Positions 12,551 to 24,307 are shown, counted from the whole stretch's first letter. The stretch is 63,901 nucleotides of DNA, filler included, from Atractiella rhizophila (GCA_021432655.1; 4 parts of 4 records of this genome joined end to end with filler, not necessarily neighbours in it), one strand, 5' to 3'. The notes: generated from the sequence alone by a model not told the origin. Translations and numbers: made by a program.

Positions 12551-12859
12551 AGGAGGCGAGGGGCGAGCCAAAGCAAATGCTCGTGCGAGCTTTCTCATGT
12601 CGTGTTTCGTTTTGCGTTGCATATTCCTTCAGCAGGCCACAATAGTGTTCGCTTCGTGGCAGCTTGGTTGAGTGCTCTCCTTGCGAACGTGAACTGAAGT
12701 GGATCGCGGGCACTCGCGAACTGAACCCGATCGTGAGCAGTCGCGAAGCGAACACGATGGCCGCCAGTCGCGACATCTTTTGCAAGCTCTCACAAGGAGA
12801 GTGTTTGCCAAAGCTGCTTCGAAGCGTTGGGTCTCGCGATTCGGGCGAACTCTTGCTCG

Positions 12860-13200
12860 CTGCAGCGAAGCCTGGCTCGCTCCTGCGAAGGCAGACTCAC
12901 TCGGGCGAAATGCAGTTCGCTGCAGCAAAGTCAGACTTGCTTGGGCGAAGTCAGTTTGCTCCTGCGAAGCCAAACTCGCTCCAGTGAAGTGCAATTCGCT
13001 CTAGCGAAGCCAGACTTGCTCGAGCGAAGTCAGTTCGCTTGAGCAAAGCCAGGCTTGCTCGGGCAAAGTGCAGTTTGCTCTAATGAAGCGAGACTGGCAA
13101 GGACGAAGTCAGTTGGCTTTAGCTAAGTCTGGCTCACTCCAGCGACGTCAGTTTGCTCCAGCGGAGCCAGGACTGCTGGAGCGAATCAAGACTGCTCCAG
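12860..13200. repeat. Array of ~17 quasi-palindromic ~20-bp units
   Basis: Units resemble AGCGAAG-TCAG-TTCGCT / AGCGAAGCCAGACTTGCT repeated with 19-20 bp period. Confidence 0.85.
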
Positions 13201-13707
13201 CAATATCCTGTCAAGTTCGCCGTCTCGCGAGTTGGCTGTCTCGCGAGTTTGTCGATCACTACCTTCGATGTCACGACGGAGCAGTGGTCGCTGGTTAGTT
13301 TCTGAAAATGTGATGTCATGAAGTTGGGCAGAATGGACAGTGTAGTCTCCTAATGAGGGAGAACTGCAGATCATAACCCTTGGCTACCCATGATACCACC
13401 TTTTTGTTCAAGAAAACTTGATACTAGACTGTTCTGATATAACTGTAGCTGATCGGAAACAAGCCGTTATATGGAAAGTGGTTGTATTTATTGATTGCAG
13501 CAAAAAGCAGTTGCCCTTGTTCCTGTATTCTTGGACCTGATTTGGCACTTGGCAATTTCCCCCTGAATGTAGGACACAAACTTCTGCACCTGCGTTGTAA
13601 ATGAGATTAATGAAACGGTTGCAGACATTCCGGTGCTGAAGAGAAGCAGAAATCCTGGAACAAATTCAGAGGCCTCAAAAAGTGTCTCGATCGAGATTCG
13701 AATCAAT

Positions 13708-14561
13708 TAGGGATGGCTATCGTACCGTATCGTCCTCTCAGCACCACTTCCGGAAGTTACGTGTCCCTGATCAGCTCCATTTGCAACTCTGTAAGCTGAG
13801 ATTTCCGAAGGAAGCGCGCATTGTGATCTTGAGCATGATAAGGTCGTGTATCCCAGTATCTAGACAATGACAGCAAATACTTATGGTATCACGAGCACCA
13901 GAGAAGATGTGCTTGACTCCCACAGCACAACATATAGCACTGAAAACCTGAAAACAAGTGAGAACACTTTGGGGGGACACGTTCTGGAATAGCCAGAATA
14001 ACTCGAGCCAGAAAAGACAAGGTGTGCAAGTTGTGCTTTGACTCTTACTTCCAAAAGGAAAATGGATCAGCTCCCAAGCCAGGGTTACATGCTTGAAGAG
14101 ATGGTTAATTTCCTTCATTACTCTATTTTCATCCACTCCCGCCTTTGGACCATGACCGATAGAAGCGAGATAATCGAGAATGGAGAATAGAGAGAGTCGA
14201 AGGCGTTTATATGTTTGAGGAGAGGAAGGATGTGTTATCGGTGCGAGCGCTCGTCTTGTTTCATAAGCTGCAGCCTCAATATGTCAGTTTTGAAGAATCT
14301 AAGAACGCTGCAAAGGAAGCACGGACCATGGATTGAGAGTATGCAACTGTGTCAAACCATCGCCTCCACTGTCCTCCGTTGTAACCCATTGCTCCAGCTG
14401 CAAATTGCCTTCCTCCACCGTCACCCGTAATACGACGGATTTTCTGGATGAAAACGGACGGGACGTGGAGGATGGCGTATCGTATCGTATCGTCCCAAAG
14501 AACAGTCAAGCAGGACGGACGGGTACGGTACACGTACGGTGCGATCCGATTGCCATCCCTA
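13708..14561 (-). mobile_element. Non-autonomous hAT DNA transposon (854 bp) with 8-bp TSD
   Basis: TIRs TAGGGATGGCTATCG (13708) and CGATTGCCATCCCTA (ends 14561); GAATCAAT at both 13700-13707 and 14562-14569; sub-terminal CGTATCG/ACGG motifs; internal minus-strand remnant AVGVKHIFSGARDTISICCHCLD resembles the hAT dimerisation motif (VERIFS..RDTI..RR.RL). Confidence 0.92.
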
Positions 14562-14875
14562 GAATCAATACAAACAACTTTATCTCCGCTGACGAAACCT
14601 TGTTGTGTTCTTCCCGAAAATCCAGCTCACCACCAAAATCTTACGATTCCCACTTGCAGCCCCACCCTATTGCCCAGGAACAGTTCAGCATACTCCCTAC
14701 TTTCATTTCGCCACCACCAATCAGGCAGCCAAATTACACCTTGAAACGTTTCTAATGAAGACTTCGTCCCTACCAAGCCGGAATCGAGGAGCTCTGGACT
14801 CCTTCTCCCTCAAATCTTCCCTTCTTGCCGGGTCCATCTTCGTCTCTTCCTTATTGTCAATCCCAACTCCTGTTA
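14538..14875 (+). repeat. 338-bp direct repeat, copy 1 (hAT end, TSD and truncated GH26 5' end)
   Basis: Near-identical to 16387-16725; encodes MKTSSLPSRN...SIPTPVT from ATG 14755, terminated by the TAA of the first telomeric unit. Confidence 0.95.
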
Positions 14876-14970
14876 CCTAACCCTAACCCTAACCCTAACC
14901 CTAACCCTAACCCTAACCCTAACCCTAACCCTAACCCTAACCCTAACCCTAACCCTAACCCTAACCCTAA
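14876..14970 (-). repeat. Interstitial telomeric repeat (TTAGGG)15 plus one partial unit
   Basis: Perfect CCCTAA x15 at 14881-14970 preceded by CCTAA. Confidence 0.98.
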
Positions 14971-16086
14971 GTGACTGAAGGTTACTTTGGTCACTCGTTT
15001 CAAGCTTTCAATTGCATTCAACAGTATCCTCGCCTCCTCTTCATCCCAACATGCACGCAGGTTCACCTCGGTAACATTTGGGGAGCCCATGATGACCTCT
15101 TTAACCATTCCAATCGCCATAAATTCATCAAAGTCCAGCCGGCTCCACAGACGTCCAGCGCCAGCATGCTGTTTCAAAAGAGCATGCTTCCGGTACACAG
15201 ACTCAGGTTCCTTCAGATGAGGGACCGAAAGAAGCCTCCAGAGCTGGCAGACGTCAGAGAGCCCGGAGGCTGTGTCGTAGTGGGAGAAATTAAAAATGTT
15301 GGCTTCGCTGACTGTGACGAAATCGAAGATGAGAGTGAGAAGCTCGATAGATAGGCGTGAGATTGCGCATGGAGGAACCCCTGAAGTCGCGGCGAGGGAG
15401 ATTTGGATGATTGCCTGATCGCTTTGACGGTGGGATGATAATTCACCATCACTGATTGGGACAAAACGCTCATCAGCAAAGGAGTATAATGCAACAGGGG
15501 CAAAGATAGCCTGCAAGCGATTTTCTGGAAGCAGACAAAACTTGAGAGTAAATGGTTCCGTGAGCGTGAAGGGCTGAGGAACGATCCATTCTTTCTTCGT
15601 GCGAGTTGCCCTCAAGTACCACTGAGGATATTCCGGATCTATTGGATCTGCAGGTGATTCGATAGACAAGTCCTGTTCACGCCCGACGGCTACCGTGACA
15701 TTCCTGTAGGTGGAGGTGACACAAAGATCCATTGCACCATCGATCCCAACCGCATTTTCGAGATACTCAAGTGAGAAGTTGGACACTTTTGAGAAAACTA
15801 TTGGGGGGATGAAATCTGACTTCCGAAGACGCAAGACAAAAGTAATCCGGAGTGCGCGAACGTTGGTAGGTAGGCAAGATAGGAAAGAGGGAAGAATGGA
15901 TAGGTGGAACGCAGTGAAAGCTTGGTGCTGGGTGATGAGATTGACAAGGGCGGACGAATTAGGTTCCTGAGCATCCGCACAGCAGTCAATCACCTTGCCA
16001 TTCATTGTATGTCGAGTGAAGAGAGTTAAGTAGGAAGAAGAACTTGCCTGCGTTGCATCGTTACACGAAACTTGAGCCATCCCCAC
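14971..16086 (-). pseudogene. F-box protein gene truncated by the telomeric tract
   Basis: AISRLSIELLTLIFDFV...LSDVCQLWRLLSVPHL..GAGRL..KEVIMGSPNVT aligns with the 8956-9519 paralogue, then reads into (LG)n from TTAGGG. True start and introns uncertain. Confidence 0.8.
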
Positions 16087-16386
16087 GGCCTCAGAACCTG
16101 ATAGGCTGAGATGGGATGAGAAGGAAGTTCGCCCAGCATGCGGCCCTTACAAAACGACTGCTTCATATATTCATATAGACAAGGTGACGACGCGGACGAG
16201 GTGAACGACGTGGGCGAGGTGAACGATGCGGACGAGGCAAACGGGTGACGTAGCGACATGAACCACTGAGTGGGTCTGTGACAAGTTTTTCTCCCACTGG
16301 GAGTCCAGCAGACCTCGTCGCTCCAAGGGTGGGCATTGGCGTTAAAACTAGTCCAAAAGTAGGGAGCAAACTGGTACATCTGGGAT

Positions 16387-16725
16387 GGTGCGATCCGCTT
16401 GCCATCCCTAGAATCAATACAAACAACTTTATCTCCGCTGACGAAACCTTGTGGTGCTCTTCCCGAAAATCCAGCATCACCACAAAAATCTTACGATTCC
16501 CACTTGCAGCCCCACCCTATTGCCCAGGAACAGTTCAGCATACTCCCTACGTTCATTTCGCCACCACCAATCAGGCAGCCAAATTACATCTTGAAACGTT
16601 TCTGATGAAGACTTCGTCCCTCCCAAGCCGGAATCGAGGAGCTCTGGACTCCTTCTCCCTCAAATCTGCCCTTCTTGCCGGGTCCATCTTCGTCTCTTCC
16701 TTATTGTCAATCCCAACTCCTGTTA
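16387..16725 (+). repeat. 338-bp direct repeat, copy 2 (orphan hAT end at 16396-16410 plus GAATCAAT, continuing into the intact GH26 gene)
   Basis: GGTGCGATCCGCTTGCCATCCCTA-GAATCAAT...CCCAACTCCTGTTA matches 14538-14875. Confidence 0.95.
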
Positions 16726-18683
16726 ATGCGGCACCGTATGAACCACCGGGAAATCAGGTGCTTTTCGGGGCCTGGATTGACCCTGCGTCTGGTTTGTTTC
16801 TCGTTTACTTGATCAGGTTGGGGTGAAGCAAGAGCCGTGCTATCTCTATCTATCTCCTTCCTGTAGCAGATCAGCTTTGCTGATGCTGAATTGGAATTTT
16901 GAACGAACAATATTGATGACATCTCCGTTGTGCAGGTTACTCGGACACACCAACGTGGTTCAATGAGCGTTTGGGACTGTCAGTCTTGCTTTTCTATCTT
17001 AACTCCCACTTATCATACGACTTTACGAAGCAACGTTCCCGTATATCAACTTTCCCAGCCCATCCCTCTTCCGAAATACGTATGTTCCTCCACTTTTGTT
17101 CTCCTCGCTTTGCTCAAATCTACTCTTCGGACAACTCGCAGGACTACGTGACTGGCGCTGGTGGTCCAGCTCCCGAACCTTTACTCGAGAAGAGTGGAAC
17201 CGATTCCGTACGATTCCCCATTGTCTCGTCGGGCTCATCCTCCAAGAACTCATCCTCGAGCAGGCATTCTTCCTCACCGTCTACCCGACAACCTTGGATG
17301 CCGTTACTCAAGCTGACATAGATGCCCTTGCCGATCAGATCAGAGATTGTGCGCCACTTCCTTCCTTCTTGGGGTATGTTCGAGTTGGGTTGATGGATGG
17401 ACAGACCATGTCCTCAACAACCGGACGGTCTTCGTTCGGTATGCGCCGGAAATGCAGGGATATTGGTTCAAATATGGACAAAAGCCGGTTCAGTTCGTCC
17501 AACAGTGGCGACAGGTCTATACAACCTTGAAGGCGAAGGCTCCGGAGGTGATTATGTCAGATTTCGCCGTATCGTCCCAAACCATTTGTATTCTGACGTT
17601 GCACTGAAAGGGTGTGGGCTCCTAACACCGGACAAGGGTTAGGATCCTTTATCATCCATATCGGATACACCGGCCTAACAATCATATAGTTATCCCTACG
17701 TCGGTGGATGGGGAGCAATCACAGCTGAGAATCAGGCGGTTTTGGACACTAACGGAAACGGGGATTTTGACAACGGAGATGATCCCTACAGCCCTTACTG
17801 GCCTGGAATAGAGTATGTGGACTGGGCGGGACTGTCAGTCTGTACGTCTTCCCTTGTGATTATTTAGGCGGTAGTTGAGGATTGCACGGCTTGTTAGACT
17901 ACAAGGGTACTAGGGAAGATACTACCAACACGCTGCAAACAACCGGATATTGCGGTGGCGTTTTCGATGGTACCAACAACGTCGGAAACAACTCGAACTT
18001 TTACGCGGATTATTGTGAGCGTTACAACGGTCTCGCTTGCATGGTTTGTCTCGCTGCCCCATCCCCTTTATTTCCAACTCAGATGGAAACACAGATGTCC
18101 GAGTCTGGAGCCGCCTATCATGAAGCTGATGCGGCAGGAGTTACGGCGCTCCAGCTCCAGACGGCATGGATCAATGATTGTATCACCTCTGCCACCTTTT
18201 TGGACTCTCACCCCCGTCTTAAGCTCATCATGCACTTTGAGCACAGAAAATCCGAACAAGCAAATAGCGGAAATGATGATTGGCGTGATTATCGTATCAC
18301 CAACCATTCCGATATCCTTGCTGTTCTTCAAGCTGGGTTTCAAGGATTGGGCGATAGGTTCTCTTGGTGGGCATTTTCCTCCTTTCGAGGAATAGGGATT
18401 GACATGCGGCGTGTGCTCAAGGGCAAATGTACGAGAGATTCCAACTTCGATCTCCTCCCCCGGTTCTGAAGCTCCAATCACCGATTCGCTGGGACACGTC
18501 TCCTCTACCCCTCCTCCCGTCGTCTCCGCCACCACTCGGCCTCGTGAGAACCAGTTCCCGCTGCTCTTTGGTAACAAGATCGACCCGACAAAATCGGACG
18601 GAATGATGACGGAGATCATTGAGATCTCCACGATCGTCCTGGCGGCGATTGGAGGAACGGCGGCGGTGTTCCGTTGGCTGTAA
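16605..18683 (+). CDS. Glycoside hydrolase family 26-like secreted/membrane-anchored protein (multi-exon)
   Basis: N-terminal hydrophobic stretch; VFVRYAPEMQGYW (acid/base Glu), VWAPN, YSPYWPGIEYVDWAGLS and SESG (nucleophile) motifs; hydrophobic C-terminus. Confidence 0.8.
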
Positions 18684-19221
18684 AACGCAAGTCGATGGTG
18701 TTAGGGGGTATATGGACCTGGTTGAATTCGTTCCCTGTGGGGAGAAACTCAGCTTAAAGCTTAATCAATCACGATTTAAATCGGTTTTGTCATTTCACGC
18801 TTTTGGATCGTGATGGACCTTTCACCTCTTCTGCTCTCTGAGTCTTCTCTGTTCTTTAACGGTTCTTTCCTTGATTAGTTAAGAGTTCTATTTCATTTTT
18901 TACGTTTCTTTGGCTGGAGAGCAGAGTAGAATCAATTCTTCATCCTCTCAATTTATGCGATCAATTGAGTTTCTTGTCCTTTGCCCGCCAGCCGAATGCA
19001 GCAGATTATCCTCAACTTGAATATCGGCATAAATTGGGACTCCCTTCCTCATGGTTCACAAGCACATGCTTCATTTTCACTCCCTTGTCCGATGGATATG
19101 CCGCTCAAAGCTGAAAATCTTGCACTGCACTGCTCATATCATCCTAACAAACAATACTTTTGTGACCTTGTCTTCCATCGCTCAATCTAGCACTATTATT
19201 CTTTCTCGCCTTTACCTTACC

Positions 19222-19340
19222 TAGGGATGGCTATCGAATTGGATCGTATCGGATGGGCATCAGTCCATACGCGGCGACTCTCGTATCGGTACCGTATGTC
19301 AATATCAACTTCGTCCGACATGGGTTACGATACGACTGAG
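19222..19340 (-). mobile_element. Orphan end of a related hAT element
   Basis: TAGGGATGGCTATCG is identical to the 13708 terminus and is followed by CGTATCG sub-terminal motifs; no matching second TIR seen downstream. Confidence 0.65.
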
Positions 19341-20029
19341 GCGGCGCCAGTCGATCGGTTTACGAGTCAAGAGAAGGTGGAAGGACAAATGCATGGCTAA
19401 CTGGTTTAACGTCAAATTCATAATTATTCCACATCCCAACAGTGTCATGTTCCTGCTCTTCAAGTCACTACGCTCTGACTGTTTCCCCCTCTTTCTGCTT
19501 CCGAAGTTCCTCCAGCTTCCTGTATTGAGAATACATACTCGTAACTCGTAATACGAGCGTAAACAAAAACGTAAACAATAAGGAAAAAACGGGACCAAAA
19601 CAAAGGTCTCGGGACTCGCTATATCGCCTCGCAGCAATTGCATAATGGCTGAAAGAAACACCCGGCTCCATCGTCATACTATTCTGCTTGATCATAAGCG
19701 CTTGAAGCTGGATGGAGAGGAAATTGGTGGGTGTTAGGTAGCCGTTAATCATTCCAAGACAGGCATACGCCGCCTCCGGAAGAGCAAGGTGTACCACTTT
19801 TGTCCACACCTGACATATCTCACTCTCCTTCGAACCAAGTACTAAGGACAGTAAGGAATGGCAGGGAATTAGGTGAATGACATATTCGAGTCCATTACAT
19901 ATGTAAAACCCAAATAATCTCTGTAGCTCAAACCTCAAGAAAAGCGAAGCGAAAGTTTACTCCGTCTAACTTGTCCTTTCATTGCATCCGTCAGGATTTA
20001 AGCTCAACTTCCACTCAGCTTAGCTCTAG

Positions 20030-22717
20030 GCAGTTATCTAACAGGTATCTACTCGCTCACTTCAACCTTCATACTCGAATGCAAGCAGGAAGCGACCAAC
20101 CGTAATCTCCGTTAACTGGCCACTTATAACCAGTTTGTTCCCAGGTCGTGGTGAGCGGGCTACAAAACGATAAGATGTCAATTGTTGCTTCAGATAAGAG
20201 GATAAAGGAAGTGAACTACTTCATATAAGCGTTGGGGTGATCTTGGATCTGAACAGCCCAATGAGCTGCCGTTTCTTTTCAAGTAGCAGAAGACTTACAT
20301 ATTGAGCAGTTGGATGATCTTTCGGGCTGCGCAGATACAAGCACATCAGCACAGCGTCCACTCCTCAATTCAAAGAACGCCGTACTCGCATCCCACATTT
20401 ATGCCTCCCCTCTGATAGACACGCACGTAATCGATGTAAAAAGTCTGAGGGAATGTAATTTTGCCCCACGATGGGACATCTTGGAACTGGGGCGAGAAGG
20501 CAAAGTTCAGAACAATCGACATCGGTTCTTCGGATACCAGACGCTGGGAGATTTCAGTTTCTCCATTCGGTCCAATGGCTGCAGCCTGCATCGTCCACGT
20601 CGGCTTACCATCGTAGTACCCTACACATGGTGAAGAAAGCAAATCAGAAAAGAAGCGAGGTAGAAAGGAGCACCCACAAGTGATCCATCCGTCCTTCCCA
20701 GGTTTGTAGTCAAATCCTACATGTCCATCAGTTTCCAACTACCGCTTCAAACAGTCAACAAACCGTATGTCTTGTAAACCTTCCCATTGTAAGCCTGCGT
20801 ATCCGTGGTCGAAAGCACCGAGAGAGATTCCTGATAAACTGACCCCTTGAATGTGTTAAAAATCGATGTCTCAGCATTATAGATCGTCGTGGCCGCTGAA
20901 TCATCCCTGAACTTATAGCCCGCGTCGAAGGGAGCGACTTGAATCGACTGAGAAACCGAGGCGCCTACCTTACCGGCGAACCAAGACTGAGCTTCGAGGA
21001 TATCAATTTCGGGCCCACCGCGTCCTGCGAACTTTCCGTTCCGCATGGGACCCGGATGATCTGCACCTGGACAGGTGCAGGCTGACAACTTCTGACCTGG
21101 AGAGTAGGCGAGCTTTCCACCATACTTTTCCACGTCGCCAGTTGTCGACGTGGCCATTGGAGTGTTGTCTTTTCGGGTTTGGTTGCGGTAGGTACCGACG
21201 TCGCATACGTCGTAGGAGTAGGGCCAGACGCCGTCGTTCGTCGCTCCGTATCCTGTCCATCTCCATGAGAATACGCCAAGAAGGAGGAGGGAGGAAAAGG
21301 GAGATGAACCAGGTCGAGCAAGGTTGCCTATCGTCCACGCTCCGGGCCAGAGACCGAACCTTCATACGGGCTCTTTAACAGAATCTTTTGGAGAGCAAGA
21401 CACCTTACCAATCAGGATTCCCTGGGAGCGAGACGTTCACCTCGATATAACCACCGGTGAAACCTTCATAAAAGACAGTAAGCCCATTACACAGAAAACG
21501 AACAGAATGGAGCGTACAGAACTTATTCCAACTTTGCAACATCCCAGACTTCCAATTCAGTCCACTCTGAGGTTCCTCCGTCATCTTAATCTCGAGGTTT
21601 CCATCGCGAGTCCTAATCGCATCTGGCTGTCATTCCCCTCCCATCAACCAACAATTGCGCTGTCGGGGAATAACACACATGATACCATTCCAAGTCCCTG
21701 AGCAGCCGCTTCAGGTTTCACATTTCATTTGGAAAGGAGGGAATGAAGGGAATTTCAGCTCACTGAGTGGCCCAATAATGTAAATCCACCGCCTCCCAAA
21801 ATGGGTCATCTCCCGGATAGAAGGTGCGATCATCGACGTTGAACTCGTCTGAGAAGATAATGTCGAGCGTATCACCTTGAATAGGGGACGTCCACTTCCT
21901 CACCGAGTCCTTGGTTTCCTTGTCCACGAGGCCGTTCCATCCTGCTACTTCGCCAACCTACACCAATGGATAATGTCAGTGGAAGAGATTTATTGAGAAA
22001 GAAGTTGCACACCTGTCCACTTGCATTCGTCCCTCCTGGACCAAAGAATCCTCCTGACTTGCCAAGGAGATCTCCATTACGATAAAAATCAAAAATAGGC
22101 CAAGCGACAAAAAGAGCGAGTAAACCCATGACGAGGATGAGCAAAGCTGCGGCATTCAAGATACCTCTGCTGGAAAAAAGTTGGAATCCAGGTCGTCTAC
22201 GGTTTTTTGAACTTCCCGCTCCCCAAGCTCCTTTGCTCCCATAAGCCTTTCCAGGATCATGAAGCCAATCGTCAGACTCCTTATTCTCGTCCGTCCACAA
22301 CAAGCTGCTAATTGATTCCGCGCGACTGGTCGACGGACCGCCACCGGCGGGGAATCCAGGGGAGGGAGGAGGGTTGGAGTAAGACGAGATGAAAGAAAGA
22401 CCCGACTGTTGTCTCGCCATTCGTGCGTCTTCGGGTTCAGGTCGTAGGGCCATTCCTGCAGCTACGACTGATAGGTGAGCGGATTGTCGAGAGTATTCCC
22501 CCTCCTTTGCATACTCTTGGGCGTAAAGTTCAGCGCCAGTGGTGGAGTGTCCCGAATCGCGGTCGTAAGAAGATTGGAGACGAGGTTGAGTTGGGTTAGG
22601 GGACTCGTCGCCCGTTACGGTCTGAGAAGATTCACGACGAAATGACAATTGAGAAGGAAATGGGCCAAATGACCCTCCGATCGTCCCTCGTTGGATTTGC
22701 TGTTCTACTGTGGACAT
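20030..22717 (-). CDS. KRE6: KRE6/SKN1-type GH16 beta-1,6-glucan synthesis-associated protein
   Basis: ESDDWLHDP, single TM helix, GGTNASGQV, LSACTCPGADHPGP, GRGGPEIDILEAQ, SQSIQVAPFD, EEPMSIVLN and IDYVRVYQ motifs; exact 3' end uncertain. Confidence 0.9.
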
Positions 22718-24307
22718 GTTCACCCAGCAGCGCCCTTGAAAATGAAGGAGAAAACATGAGAAAGGTGAGAAGAGGGGTTATTTGAACGGTTCGACATCCG
22801 CGCAATTATGATGATGTTGGCAATGGCAATTCGGACCTGAGGAGGAACTCTCTTTTAGCTTTTTAGTTCTCGTCAACGACATCTGTGGCATTTCAGGTGA
22901 CTTACGAGCAAAATAAGAAGTCTTTGTTTTTCGCTGTTCGAATCCGAGTGCGCATACTTCGCTTATACCTTCGCCTTATTCCGTTTTAGGAAAATATAGC
23001 TAACATTGAAATGTCAATGGCACTTGCGTCGGGTCCGCAAAAGTTACTTCTGTCTCTCATGGTGCTTGGTGTGCAGCTCTGTTGGCAAACTGGTTGCCCT
23101 GAGGGTTTTGCGAAAGCGGCCGAAGGACACCAGGTCCAAATGGTTTTGCGCTTCGGTTTTGGTCGACCAGTTAGTAATCCGTCGGGCTCAGACCCCTGGG
23201 GCGACGTGTCTGCTACTCTCGCTCTCAGCCAGTAATGAAAGAGTTGAGTTGATGCTCCTCTCCAACCGCGAGCGTGAGGAACTCATGATGCAAGCAGGGT
23301 TACGCGCAGCCCCCACACCGCCTCGAAGAAATCCCTCAAAAAAATCCTCAAGTTCTCCCAAGCGAATCAAAATCTAAAATCTTCATTCACATCAGACCTG
23401 CCATCTGCTTCCTGGCGTAAGCCAGTCCTCATATGAGCCTGTGTCCAGAGCAAGTAACGCGCGTCATCATCGTGACCTGCATTTAGCCGACACTCCGAAT
23501 AACAATAAATTTATTCTGCTCATTTTCGCTGACACGAACCGACAGAGTGACTTTGACGGTTTTACATCCGATTTTCATCTATTTTGACGGATTTTGGTTG
23601 CACTCCATCCAATCATTCGACTTCTTTCATCTTTTCAGGACCCGCTCGACGCTTTCACTTCCTGCCGTGGTTCCTTTGTATCAGTGTTCAGTCAACTCCA
23701 CAACAATGTTACTCAGCTTGGCATAGGTGTTGGCGTGCCTCCTAAAAACCCACATAGATCCATGCGCGAATTTCGCCTCAGGCTCTGGACCTTGTTTTCC
23801 CCTTGTCGGTGTAACGAGTCGAAATTGGCAGCAGACTGTAGCTAGAGGAGCACGCTTAGGATGGAACAACACGGGCCGCGCTCGCAAGTCGTGCTTCCTT
23901 CCGAAATCTTCTTCGCTCCAATTTCTGCCCCTGCCCCTTCCAAGTTCTGGCCTCGGCCCTGCCTGACGCGGTGAAACCGCCTTTGTGCTGACGTTGCCGG
24001 CTTTTTTTGCTCACTCTTCGACGAATACGGCAACCTGTTGATTGGTTTCGATTGAGTTTGAACTGGAGTGACTTGGATGGAAGTCATGGAAGCCATGGAA
24101 AGGCCAGTTTGTGACCTTGTCCTGACACACGGTTCATAAATACCGCCTCTCTTCAACCCTTCCATCCATGGTCCATCTTCGCTCTTGCTAGTTTCTCTGC
24201 TTCCTAATAAACAGCTCGAGATCTTTATTACCCACTTCAGCTCACAAAGCACGCCCTCTTTCCACACTTTTCCAACCTTATTATCAAAGACAATTTCGAT
24301 AGCCACA

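Larger units (their letters stand above)
11621..13255. mobile_element. Probable non-coding repeat-rich element (unclassified) abutting the broken 5' end of the TPR gene
   Basis: Begins exactly where TPR coding stops; contains three distinct tandem arrays and inverted sub-terminal motifs (11640-11655 vs 13225-13240). No TIR/TSD pair or transposase identified. Confidence 0.45.

Noticed and set aside
12860..13200. CRISPR-like palindromic array
   Set aside because: No unique spacers, no cas genes, eukaryotic context.
14857..14970. Poly-(Leu-Gly) C-terminal protein domain
   Set aside because: Simply the translation of the TTAGGG tract.
16190..16240. 18-bp repeat GCGGACGAGGTGAACGAC x3
   Set aside because: Short minisatellite with no further structure.
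23006..23377. Possible small gene between KRE6 and PMA1
   Set aside because: Short ORFs without recognisable motifs or convincing splice structure.
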